DNA of 64,000 nucleotides from Veleropilina oligotropha (Eukaryota): NCBI GenBank assembly GCA_048128005.1, contig JBEUKZ010000107.1, positions 1 to 64,000 of the forward strand, read 5' to 3'. Shown piece by piece: positions 1 to 9,317 of this stretch (position 1 is its first letter; each line of letters starts with the position of its first letter). The notes under the pieces were generated by a model. It saw only the letters and a program-made list of their open reading frames with translations, ran no database searches and was not told where the DNA came from. The position numbers and the translations under genes were made by a program.

Positions 1-38
<38 letters not shown>
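1..38. repeat. (TA)n microsatellite
   Basis: Pure TA run at the window start. Confidence 0.98.
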
Positions 39-42
<4 letters not shown>

Positions 43-429
43 CATGGCCTCTCTTTAATCTCCAAGACAGCACTCTGTTGATATCGTACCATCGTCGAAT
101 AAAAGGGACACATTTTAGCGATGTATAGTCTTTTTAGTAAACCTCCGATCAGGCCAACACATATTGATGTACAAGCTATTAATCTATGTAGTAACACTCA
201 GTATTGACGCCGCTCTCTCTTCTGCTGTCAAGGAAATCCGCAGGATTCGATGCTATTCTCTCTCAGTCTAAGGTCAGAGAGTGGAGCCGCTTTCTATGTT
301 ATTCCGACAGAGATGATGAGGATAGTAAGTAGGCCTAGATAACGACGTGTCGGTCCTTCTGCTGCGGAGATTGGTCACGTAATGACGGTCTATGACGCAG
401 CTTGATAGGTGGCAGGAGCCTGAATAGAT

Positions 430-1160
430 GTGTAGACGGAGACCGACGGGGTTGGTAGCCCAGGTTCCTGTGAGTTTCTGTCGCCAGATGTAAATGGCTT
501 TTTTTACTTTACGACCGAAACAGTCTTGTTCGCATGTGAGTATCGTGATGTTATTTAGAGATACCGAGTGTCCAGCTGTGTCAAGACAACACTCGTGGGT
601 CATTCGATGTTGCTTGTTCCTTGATATATTAGGGGGGGGGGGGGGGGGTTCGTTTGACCGATGTAGGTGTGTTGGTCGTCTATACGTCCCAAGTCCTTGG
701 GATGGACAATTTATAAGCGGAAAATATTTCGATTTGTGGTATACGTACATGGATGTTGCCAGTGTTCAACATCCTGCGTAGTTGTTCTGTTAGATATTGT
801 ACACATGGTAACCTTATGGAAGGTGATGTGTTGTTGATTTGGGGGGGGGGGGATATCCATTGCAGAGTGCAGTATGTACGTGGCGACGTCTTGCAGAGTG
901 CAGTATGTACGTGGCGACGTCTTGCAGAGTGAAGTATGTACGTGGCTAAGTCTTTGGTCTTCGGAGGTGGTGACGTACTGGTTGGCGCGGTTGTGAGCGT
1001 GCGGACTGCTGAACTTTTATCGATGAGCGCGGTTGGTGAAGTTAATTATGGGTTTGTATGTGTGAATTTCCGGAATATATGGTGATCGTAATAGCTAGGG
1101 TCGTCATCTATGTAGGACTGTGGTAATGCCATCCACATACCTGAACCACAGGTGCGACTG
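430..1160 (-). mobile_element. Degenerate Penelope-like retroelement relic (RT motif C remnant plus GIY-YIG C-terminal remnant)
   Basis: Minus strand reads RTLSTAPAQSHLWFRYVDG at ~1128-1185, resembling the Penelope RT WxRYVDD motif. It also reads CLDTAGHSVSLNNITILTCEQDCFGRKVKKAIYI at ~490-590, resembling the GIY-YIG C-terminus. Heavily deleted between the two. Confidence 0.7.
860..947. repeat. 31-bp tandem repeat, ~3 copies
   Basis: TTGCAGAGTGCAGTATGTACGTGGCGACGTC repeated. Confidence 0.9.
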
Positions 1161-1753
1161 TGCGGGTGCTGTGGACAGTGTTCTACAGGTATGGTGGTGC
1201 GGGTGCTGTGGACAGTTCTACAGGTATGACGGTGCGGGTGCTGTGGACAGTGTTCTACAGGTATGACGGTGCGGGTGCTGTGGACAGTGTTCTACAGGTA
1301 TGACGGTGCGGGTGCTGTGGACAGTGTTCTACAGGTATGGCGGTGCGGGTGCTGTGGACAGTGTTCTACAGGTATGACGGTGCGGGTGCTGTGGACAGTG
1401 TTCTACAGGTATGACGGTGCGGGTGCTGTGGACAGTGTTCTACAGGTATGATGGTGCGGGTGCTGTGGACAGTGTTCTACAGGTATGACGGTGCGGGTGC
1501 TGTGGACAGTGTTCTACAGGTATGACGGTGCGGGTGCTGTGGACAGTGTTCTACAGGTACGACGGTGCGGGTGCTGTGGACAGTGTTCTACAGGTATGAC
1601 GGTGCGGGTGCTGTGGACAGTGTTATAAAGGTATGACGGTGCGGGTGCTGTGGACAGTGTTCTACAGGTATGACGGTGCAGGTGCTGTGGACAGTGTTCT
1701 ACAGGTATGACGGTGCGGGTGCTGTGGACAGTGTTCTACAGGTATGACGGTGC
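1149..1753. repeat. 37-bp minisatellite, left part (interrupted by the Polinton-like element)
   Basis: Unit GGTATGACGGTGCGGGTGCTGTGGACAGTGTTCTACA in direct tandem, with no spacers. Confidence 0.97.
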
Positions 1754-1912
1754 GGGGGGGACTAGGGGGTTTTAGACTAAGTTAGGGGGGCCCGGGGCGA
1801 CCGGGGAGGCTCCCAGCCCTATTTCAGAACTGAGGGGCTCGTAATATATACCCCCAGGACATTTCAGAGGAAGTTAGGGTGGGGCCCGGGGCCCCGGGGG
1901 TGGAGGCTCCCA
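1754..1912 (+). repeat. Left terminal inverted repeat
   Basis: GGGGGGGACTAGGGGGTTTTAGACTAAG...GGAGGCTCCCA equals the reverse complement of 17450-17607 except for one indel (extra C near 1830). Confidence 0.96.
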
Positions 1913-2582
1913 CCCCCGTCTGCTCAGGGCAGGGGTCGGTTTTTCGCTAGGGCGGAGGTTTTTTGGTAATAATCCCGGGAGGTCCGAAATTCAGGCGCTG
2001 CTGTCAGCGCCGTCCGAAACTAGGGTAGCTTAGAATAGTCTATTTAGGCCCGGCCCCCCCGGGGCCCCCACCCCCACGCCCGTTTGAACCGAGCTGGTAT
2101 TAAGAGCCCGTAGGGACAGCCCACAACCCAAGCCGGCCAGGCGTATGTTTGTATCAGTGTCGAGACGCGTTATTGCTAGCTCAACACAGAAACTGTCGAC
2201 TCATGGGGATGACTCAACACAAAAACGGTAACCGAAAACATTTCTTGTCAAGAAAGTTTGTAAAATCAAAACAACGGTTACCGTTTTTTTGTTGAGCTAG
2301 CTTTTTAGTTAACGATAGCGAGAACGACTAGCGATTCATAACACCGATAAGCTAAGAATAAACGCAACTAGGAAGCTAGGGTACAAATACCATTGATAGA
2401 CGCGACCAGGCATTCAACGCAAACAATACCCATTGATACACGCGCGACGTATTTGTAAAGCACACGGATATAGCGTGTCCTGATTTTAACGATTGTAGTC
2501 ATTCATAAAGCGGGCAATGAATATACGCTGGGGAACCCGGAAAATGTGTTTCAAGGCGGGGGAATCCCCGAGATTGCAGCTG

Positions 2583-3002
2583 TTATATAAATATGTAATT
2601 CCCGCTGGCTAGCGTGCAATTGCATGGCGAGAGGTGTCCTATTTGACTCCACGCACCCCCGCAGCCGGTAGATAACATTGAGAAGTAATGCCCATGTTTA
2701 CCACGACATAATGACGGCTCAGCGCATTCAATGCAAACCACAGTATTTGGGTCGAGGGGAGCCCCAAAGTCATTCTCTCCGATAATAAAGTAGTGGCACG
2801 AGGGTGGGGATACATCAGGGGGGTCTCGTAGCAAGTTTCTTCGCAATGGGTCAAGTCGTATATTGTACAGGGGGTGGTTCCGGTACCTAGCCCACGTGTG
2901 TTCGAGAATTAATGCGGTGTCGCGTGACGACGCCTGGGAGACACCCGCTAGCCAGGACACCGCGGCAATGCACAGAAGTAGCATGGATTTCATGGATTTC
3001 AT
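2583..3002 (-). CDS. Small secreted Cys-rich protein (viral cargo), unknown function
   Basis: 139 aa. N-terminal signal-peptide-like segment MLLLCIAAVSWLAGVSQA, then 7 Cys in the mature part including CxxC and CxC. Confidence 0.65.
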   Translation of the reverse strand: MKSMKSMLLLCIAAVSWLAGVSQASSRDTALILEHTWARYRNHPLYNIRLDPLRRNLLRDPPDVSPPSCHYFIIGENDFGAPLDPNTVVCIECAEPSLCRGKHGHYFSMLSTGCGGAWSQIGHLSPCNCTLASGNYIFI

Positions 3003-3090
3003 GGTTGTGGCGCATCACTGTCTGAGTTCTAGCTTTAATACGGGGGAGGGGGAGGGGGGAAGTCCCCCACCCCACGCTCAACCTGGATGG

Positions 3091-3723
3091 TTAATCGCCA
3101 ACTCCGAGTTTTTTCATTAATTCTGCGCGTCCCTGTTTACGTCCACGCTCAATTATCTCGCTTTGGGTCTGTGAAACCGCGGTGTGCGCCTTTAGACTTT
3201 TGAGGCGAACCGTGGCCTTCATTGTCCGATATTTGGCCATCTCGTCTGTGACGAGTTTGAACTCATCATCAGACATCTCCCCGTCCGATAAGGCCTTTGA
3301 GACGTGGTCGCTGATGGTGTTCAGTTTGCTTTCGGCCAGTGCTCGAATCTCGTTGTGCTTCTTAGCCTTCACCTGGAGGGGGCGGCTGATGTATTTTCCA
3401 CCCATGCTAGCGAGCCCACACCCCAACGCCGCTAATTCCAGCACCAGTACCACAGGTGCCGCAACGATTGTGGACAGTAGACCAATGCTGGCGCTACCCA
3501 TACCAAGGGTGGCAACGACCAGGGCCGAGTCGATCCCGTCAACGACATTAACGCCTCTTCGGTACTTCTTGTACAGGGCAGCCCGTGTGTCCCTCTCTCG
3601 TTCTAGCTGTCCCTGAAGCTCATTCACTTTCTGTAGTCGGAAAGACTGTGCCTCCGGAACTTCCGAAAGCACATCGCCACCAAGTTGTGGGTACAGCGTT
3701 GGCGCTGAGGGTGTGTTGTCCAT
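3091..3723 (-). CDS. Polinton-type hydrophobic-hairpin/coiled-coil membrane protein with N-terminal PSAP/LYPxL motifs
   Basis: 210 aa intact. Long hydrophobic stretch ALVVATLGMGSASIGLLSTIVAAPVVLVLELAALGCGL is flanked by helical charged segments. The ATG overlaps the upstream stop (TAATG). Confidence 0.8.
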   Translation of the reverse strand: MDNTPSAPTLYPQLGGDVLSEVPEAQSFRLQKVNELQGQLERERDTRAALYKKYRRGVNVVDGIDSALVVATLGMGSASIGLLSTIVAAPVVLVLELAALGCGLASMGGKYISRPLQVKAKKHNEIRALAESKLNTISDHVSKALSDGEMSDDEFKLVTDEMAKYRTMKATVRLKSLKAHTAVSQTQSEIIERGRKQGRAELMKKLGVGD

Positions 3724-4073
3724 TACTCTTGGCTGTATTGTTCAGCCTGTTGATTCCGAATATCTACCGTAACGTTCAAATAAAGGGTGTTCACCCAGGG
3801 GGCCTTGATGGCAAAGGCGAGGGTCAACTTGTCCGAATCCAGGCCAAGTCTATGTATGGAACACGCTTTGGGGCCCCCCCCAGCCGGCTGGACCGGCGTC
3901 ATGTGGATCACTAGAAGGGCTGGGTTCAACCCAAATCGACCTCCAGTGTTTGGAATCATGAACTCCCTCCTCGCCAGCCCCTTCTTGGGCGCTTCCCCAC
4001 AATTAAGAACAAAGTGCCACTGGGTCGCTGAAGACTCTTCTGCAAGCAGGGGGGTCCCGTAGATGCTGCTCAT
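3723..4073 (-). CDS. Hypothetical viral protein, 116 aa
   Basis: Fills the gap exactly, with ATGA and TAATG start/stop overlaps to both neighbours. Confidence 0.7.
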   Translation of the reverse strand: MSSIYGTPLLAEESSATQWHFVLNCGEAPKKGLARREFMIPNTGGRFGLNPALLVIHMTPVQPAGGGPKACSIHRLGLDSDKLTLAFAIKAPWVNTLYLNVTVDIRNQQAEQYSQE

Positions 4074-4774
4074 TGTATCTCAAGGACGGCGGATATCGGC
4101 ATACCGTGATTGTCGAGCAGGTTACCATCTGAGTCTGTGATGTACACCTTCAATTCTGTGAGAACCCCGGCCTGCAGTTGCCGACGGGCGGGATAGCTAT
4201 GATAGTGGGCAGCTTCACCGAACATCTGCGACGTTATAGGGACCACCGCGAGAATATTGCTCGGGGCGCCGTCCTTCAGATTGTGTGTTGTACTGAGCTC
4301 CTCCAGGTGAACGTGTAGGGTCGCTGCTATGGCAAACCCTACCGGCTTGTTCCCATCATAAGTCCCGGGGGGTAGCCATTGCAGCGATCCGACAGGCTTG
4401 TTCTTGTCATAAGTCATAAGTAGCCACCCTGAAAGGGTGAAGCCGAGGAGCTTCCGTATATCGTCGCTTATCGCGAGTCGAGTCCCCTCTGGGACAACGA
4501 GTTGCGCGAGTCCGGTAGCACGGCTTACCTTGAGCCGCATGTTAGCTAGGGACCTCTTCATAGTCCTCGCGAGGGAATCGAAGCTGTAGAACCCTGGTGC
4601 CACCTCTACCGTGGTATCGGGGGTCTTAAAGAAGGCTCCAGCGTGCACGTTATGCCAGCCGACCCAGTAGTCGAGCGAGCGCAGGCCAACACATAGCTTG
4701 CCGTCCCGGTTATCTATCAGTTGCAGGAGGTCAACCGCGGTCCCCTCTTGAACACTCGTTAATGTGTGGAACAT
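4070..4774 (-). CDS. Minor capsid (penton, single jelly-roll)-like protein
   Basis: Beta-rich ~234 aa from the ATG at 4774. C-terminus SNILAVVPI...LTELKVYITDSDGNLLDNHGMPISAVLEIQ resembles Polinton/virophage minor capsid C-termini. Confidence 0.72.
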   Translation of the reverse strand: MFHTLTSVQEGTAVDLLQLIDNRDGKLCVGLRSLDYWVGWHNVHAGAFFKTPDTTVEVAPGFYSFDSLARTMKRSLANMRLKVSRATGLAQLVVPEGTRLAISDDIRKLLGFTLSGWLLMTYDKNKPVGSLQWLPPGTYDGNKPVGFAIAATLHVHLEELSTTHNLKDGAPSNILAVVPITSQMFGEAAHYHSYPARRQLQAGVLTELKVYITDSDGNLLDNHGMPISAVLEIQ

Positions 4775-4778
4775 AGCT

Positions 4779-6059
4779 ATGGCTAAGAGCCCCTTCGCTT
4801 TCAATAGGAGTGTGGCCTATCCGACCGGTGTGGTGTACCCTGCGAAGATCCAAGCTGAGCAGCTTACAAGACCAAGCGTCGTTGTCTCCTCGTCTCCCCA
4901 TCCTGCATTCGGGGCAGACTACCCCGACGTCTTTCAAAAATACCGCCTCCCTCACGTCGCGAGTGATCGGCTAATACGGGATTGGAACAGCACGCCCATG
5001 CGGTTTTGGCAGAACAAGGTCAACTTCGCAGTCTGGTGTGCCACAACAGGTTCCGGGGTATCCGCAGAAGACCACTTGGAGGCCACCGACCCCCTTTCCA
5101 GAGCCGTATTCACCTTCCACGTCTACTATCAGGTCAGAAGAGTATTGACCTAAATTCAGGCACCGCTGCCGCAAGACACGACGTGGGATGCATTCGACAC
5201 CCCGTATGACCGAAGGGCATATGAAAAGATCTGCAGTGAATTCGGAGTGTCTCCACACACCGACTGGCGAGTCGAGGGTCCCAATAAAGGGCTCGGCACT
5301 GCTTTCAGCTACTGGACGAACAATGGCTACCACTCCATAGGTCGTGAGTATGATCCCAGCCGAATGTCCTTCACCAAAGGTACGACCAACTCGAATCTGC
5401 ACGTGGACTACATCGCGCAAGCGCCTGCGCTTACAGACGGATGGGCTTCGTTTATTCTGGACACCTCGGCGGGGTTTACGAGGGCCGGCGTGGAAAGGCT
5501 CAATGATTCCATCAGGACCTACGTCTGGGCGATTCTTGGAGCGCAGGCTCAAACACGTGCAAGTATTATCGGCACCGGTACAGCATTTGACGCACAGAAA
5601 CAGTTCCTGGCGAACGTGGAAGATGCCATCGCATCGCCAGTGGACCTCCCATCAGCAATCAAACGGTACCAGGAGGTGTTACAGTATGCCAGGTCCAAGG
5701 TAGACTTCGTATTCGGCGTTGGCCTGTACATGGCGCCAAGTGACATGCTCCTGCGGATAGGGCGGGTGGCTGGGTATAACAACGAAATCGTCGTTGCTAC
5801 GGAAGACCAGACACTAGGTCTTAATACGACCGTCAACGCGGCCAGTGTTCCACCCGACACCACTGGGGATACTGGAGAGACAGGACTGGTCATGCCACAA
5901 GACGCAGTCTTACGGGCAGATGCTCCGAAGCATCCAAACGATGAGGCGGCAGCTGTTTCAGCGGCTGCCTCACATGACGAGGAGAAAACCGCACTTATCG
6001 TGGGTGGCGTTGTCGTTGGCCTAGCGTTTATTTGGCTGGCAGCACCCCAAACTGGCTAG
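4779..6059 (+). pseudogene. Polinton-like structural/hypothetical protein (~425 aa) with C-terminal TM anchor; one in-frame stop
   Basis: ORFs 4764-5153 and 5247-6059 are in the same frame, separated only by TAA at 5151-5153. Contains FWQNKVNFAVWCATTG and ends in ALIVGGVVVGLAFIWL. Confidence 0.75.
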
Positions 6060-7331
6060 CGGCCATAAGAAGCAAGCCCCCCACAGATATAATCACAGCC
6101 CACAGGTTCTCAGCAAGCCACGATGCTGTCTTGCCGACCAGATTTATAATCCAGGAAAGCAGGCTTCCAAGTATTCCTGGGAGTGCGGCAGCCACCTTCC
6201 CCGCTAGTTTGCCCAGAATCCGACCCAAGTTCTGCAGGTGCTTTTTTACCCACTCCTTCATGCCTTGACCACTGGAAGGTGGTGGTGGTTGTGGTATGCT
6301 CGGCGCTCCGCCTGTTAGGGCTAGTACCAAAGTCGAGATGGCCATACCAATCGCGGTGAGTATGGTCACAATTGTGACCCCCTGCTCGCGAAACAGGGTC
6401 CGGATGCGCTCGGCCAGCATCGTGTCTGAGTGGAGAATCCGACTTATCATCTCTCGGATCCGGATGACTTGAGATCGAGCAAAGGGCTTCCCGGCTGGAC
6501 CCGGCTGCCTCTAGGCGAGCTGCTCGTTCATCCAGTAAGTTGCGCAGACGTTCCGCGATTCGTCGACGGACAAACTCTTCCACACACCCCCTTCATCTGC
6601 CTGATCGAGCTTCCCTTTCTCCAGCGCTATGTTGTCGTCAAGTGCCAATAGTTTGGCTAAGTTGTTGGTTAGCTCGCCCCGGATTGTCTGCATCGCCTTG
6701 TCAAGCCCGCAAAGCTCACGAAGATTTAATGGAGGGTCCCCCATCGTGCCTAAGATCTCTTCAACCTCAGCATCTGTGAAGGTCGTCTCCATTGTGTGGA
6801 TTGCAGATGCCGCATCTGTAGCGGTCTGTCCCAAGTCCCGCAGTTCCACGTTGTCTACGTTGGCCGCCGCACCGCTCAACTCATTGTCGGCTGTCTGAAA
6901 TACTGCGACGGGTTTTGAGGCCAGCTTCTTTCCCCCCCCCCCCCTCCCCGCCTCTCCCGCTTCCAGTCTACGAAACCCAACCCTTCTCTGATGGCCTTAC
7001 CCCCGTCTTTCCGGTTAGCTATTGTTGACAAAGCATTGGGTTTTTTGGATCTAGAATTGATGAGATCGATGTGTGGATAGGCCTTCAGCCGCAATCGCCC
7101 ATCCATGTACTCGAACTGGGCATAATCACGCCACGTGGCGGGGGTTTGCCCCTCCTCCGATAGGGCGTTGTAGTAGCCATTCACCGCTGACCGAACGAGC
7201 TCTTGCTGCAGATCGCTGGTTCCTTCCTGTGTCGCCAGAGGCTCAAACCCATCTGTGGATTGTGCCGACACTTCCACATCATCATCGACGGTGGTGTCGG
7301 GCTCGAACATGGGGTTCTCGAATTCCGCCAT
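6028..7331 (-). pseudogene. Coiled-coil protein with C-terminal hydrophobic/amphipathic helices (~430 aa), frameshifted
   Basis: Consecutive fragments 6876-7331, 6511-6879, part of 6110-6583 and 6028-6450 join by frameshifts, one at the C13 run 6932-6944. Heptad-rich middle, then TIVTILTAIGMAISTLVLAL and LPGILGSLLSWIINLVGKTASWLAENLWAVII. Confidence 0.75.
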
Positions 7332-7374
7332 TTGAATACAACCAGCTGGATACGCATCTAATTCAGCCAACAAC

Positions 7375-8676
7375 ATGGCCAGCCTTTACGGACGCAAGCT
7401 TGATCCATACCAGACTGCGAGAGCCTCTTGGGTCAAGGTTACCCGCCAGTCGGTCACCATAACCAATAACCCATCCACTATTGCCGCAAACCAGCAGCTG
7501 CTGGTCAGGTTTCCCAATCTCGGGGCTCATGACATGATCGTTCCAGGGACTGCCCACCTCGCATTCACCATTTCTCTGACCTCGGCTAACCCGAACAGGA
7601 CCGTAGTTCAGAACATCGGACGCGCCTTGGTCAAAAAGACCACCATCAAGATTAGTGGCAACGAGATCTTGTCGATTGACGACTCTGACGTGTATCACTG
7701 CTACTGCGATCTCTGGAAGACACCCCAGGAACGCAATAGCGCCCACTACCAGGGGATTGATACCAGCGATGGACGCAATACTATGAAGAACCGTGTCAGT
7801 GCGACCGACGCCTTCAGACTTTCTGAGGACTTGGCTATCTCGGTCGCGTACGGGCCAAGGTTCCGCATCCCGCTGGACTTCGAGTTGTTGGAGAGCCATA
7901 TGCCCTTCTACCAAAGCACCCTTGGAGACCGTCTCGAATATGAGCTCACGTTCAACGACCACAGCCGGACGATCAGGGACACCGATGACCCCGGTTCCAG
8001 CTACAGCATCGACAACATTAGCCTGGAGTATGACATGGTCACCCAGGTAGATCTGGCCAGGCTGATTCGTAACCAGTACTCGGGCCGCATCGCCATCCTC
8101 TACGACCGGGTGCTCCGGCATCGTAAGCTCACCAGGAACAAGAGCGACATGCTGTGGAATCTGAACCTGAACGTTCCGGCGAGGTCCATGAAAGGTATCC
8201 TACTGCTGTTTGAGGACCCCGCGAGAGACGCCGCACCATTCGCGAGGGACACCGAGGCCTTCTACAATCCGAAGATCACGAAGGTCGAGGTCACCATTGA
8301 GGGGGTCCCGAATCAAATCTACAGCCAGGGCATGCATTCCTACCAGATGTGGGAGGAAGCCACGAAATTATTCGCCTCCTCCCCGATCAGTAAGCGGCAT
8401 CCTGAGGTGGCGTTGGTTGCCAAGGATTTGGCTCTGGCAGACGTCACCCTGGGCCAGTTCTTAACGAAAAAGTTCGCCCTATGGATAGACCTGCGGGTCA
8501 CCGACGACGATCAGCTGCACGGGTCAGGCCGGAAGGTAGATAACGGCAGCGAGGGTATCACCATCCAGATCACGAAGACGGGTGAAGCAGCCGGCCCGTT
8601 GAACGTTTACCTGTACGTGATAATGGACGCACAGCTCAATATCGAGAATGGACGCTTTGTCGAAGCGCTGTACTAG
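7375..8676 (+). CDS. Probable major capsid protein (double jelly-roll)
   Basis: Intact 433-aa beta-rich ORF immediately upstream of the packaging ATPase. Size, position and composition fit a Polinton-like MCP; the fold is inferred, not tested. Confidence 0.78.
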   Translation: MASLYGRKLDPYQTARASWVKVTRQSVTITNNPSTIAANQQLLVRFPNLGAHDMIVPGTAHLAFTISLTSANPNRTVVQNIGRALVKKTTIKISGNEILSIDDSDVYHCYCDLWKTPQERNSAHYQGIDTSDGRNTMKNRVSATDAFRLSEDLAISVAYGPRFRIPLDFELLESHMPFYQSTLGDRLEYELTFNDHSRTIRDTDDPGSSYSIDNISLEYDMVTQVDLARLIRNQYSGRIAILYDRVLRHRKLTRNKSDMLWNLNLNVPARSMKGILLLFEDPARDAAPFARDTEAFYNPKITKVEVTIEGVPNQIYSQGMHSYQMWEEATKLFASSPISKRHPEVALVAKDLALADVTLGQFLTKKFALWIDLRVTDDDQLHGSGRKVDNGSEGITIQITKTGEAAGPLNVYLYVIMDAQLNIENGRFVEALY

Positions 8677-9279
8677 ACGGTTCCCGCACCCCACGACCCC
8701 CACTCCGCAATCATCTGCGGCCAGACTGGCTGTGGGAAGACGGTTTTCATGCTTGAACTGTTGAAAGGAGTCTATCGAGGGGTGTTCCGGCATATCGTAA
8801 TCCTCTGCCCCACGATCAAGCACAACAAAGCCTACCAGTCCTGTCCATGGATCTGGACTGACCCGGAGGTGTACATAATCCCCCCCGGTGAGCGACTCCA
8901 TGACTGGTTGCGGTGGTTCTACCGGCTTTTCCATGGGGAGTCGACCCTCTACATAATCGACGACTGCGCGGCCAGCAAGGCCCTAGCTAAGAGACGGGAC
9001 ATGCTGACGGAGCTGGCCTTTAGCGGAAGGCATGCCTCCCAGAGTGTATGGGTGGTGACGCAGAAGTACAACTCGGTCCTGAAGGAGCTCCGCGAACAGA
9101 CCCGTTGGGTCGCTTTGTTTCATTGCAAGGACCGCGACAGCTTCGAAGACTGTCTTCGCGAGTATGACGTAATCGGGTCGCAGGATGAGAGAACCGCGGT
9201 GCGCCGGCTGTTGGCCGAAACCCGACACGCCAAGCTTCTGTTGAAAACTGACCAGCCCGTTGCTTATAGTGTGTTGTAG
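8648..9279 (+). CDS. A32/FtsK-HerA-type DNA packaging ATPase (5' end frameshifted or fused to the MCP frame)
   Basis: Walker A GQTGCGKT (~8719-8742) lies upstream of the annotated ATG at 8749. Walker B LYIIDD, then SGRH and VVTQKY motifs. Candidate start ATG 8648 is in a different frame. Confidence 0.9.
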
Positions 9280-9317
9280 CATCTACTAGGCATCTACCAG
9301 GCATCTACTTAGCTAGC

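Noticed and set aside
2583..3002. Superficial IL-17/cystine-knot resemblance (YNIRLDPLR, terminal CxC)
   Set aside because: Cys spacing does not match convincingly by eye, so it is left unassigned.
4342..4428. Short internal duplication in the minor capsid gene (TYDKNKPVG / TYDGNKPVG)
   Set aside because: Real and in frame, but most simply a local tandem duplication with no evidence of function.
7363..8121. Antisense ORFs inside the element (e.g. 7363-8121, 4971-5552, 14896-15567, 9849-10430)
   Set aside because: Shadow ORFs expected opposite GC-rich coding sequence; no motifs.
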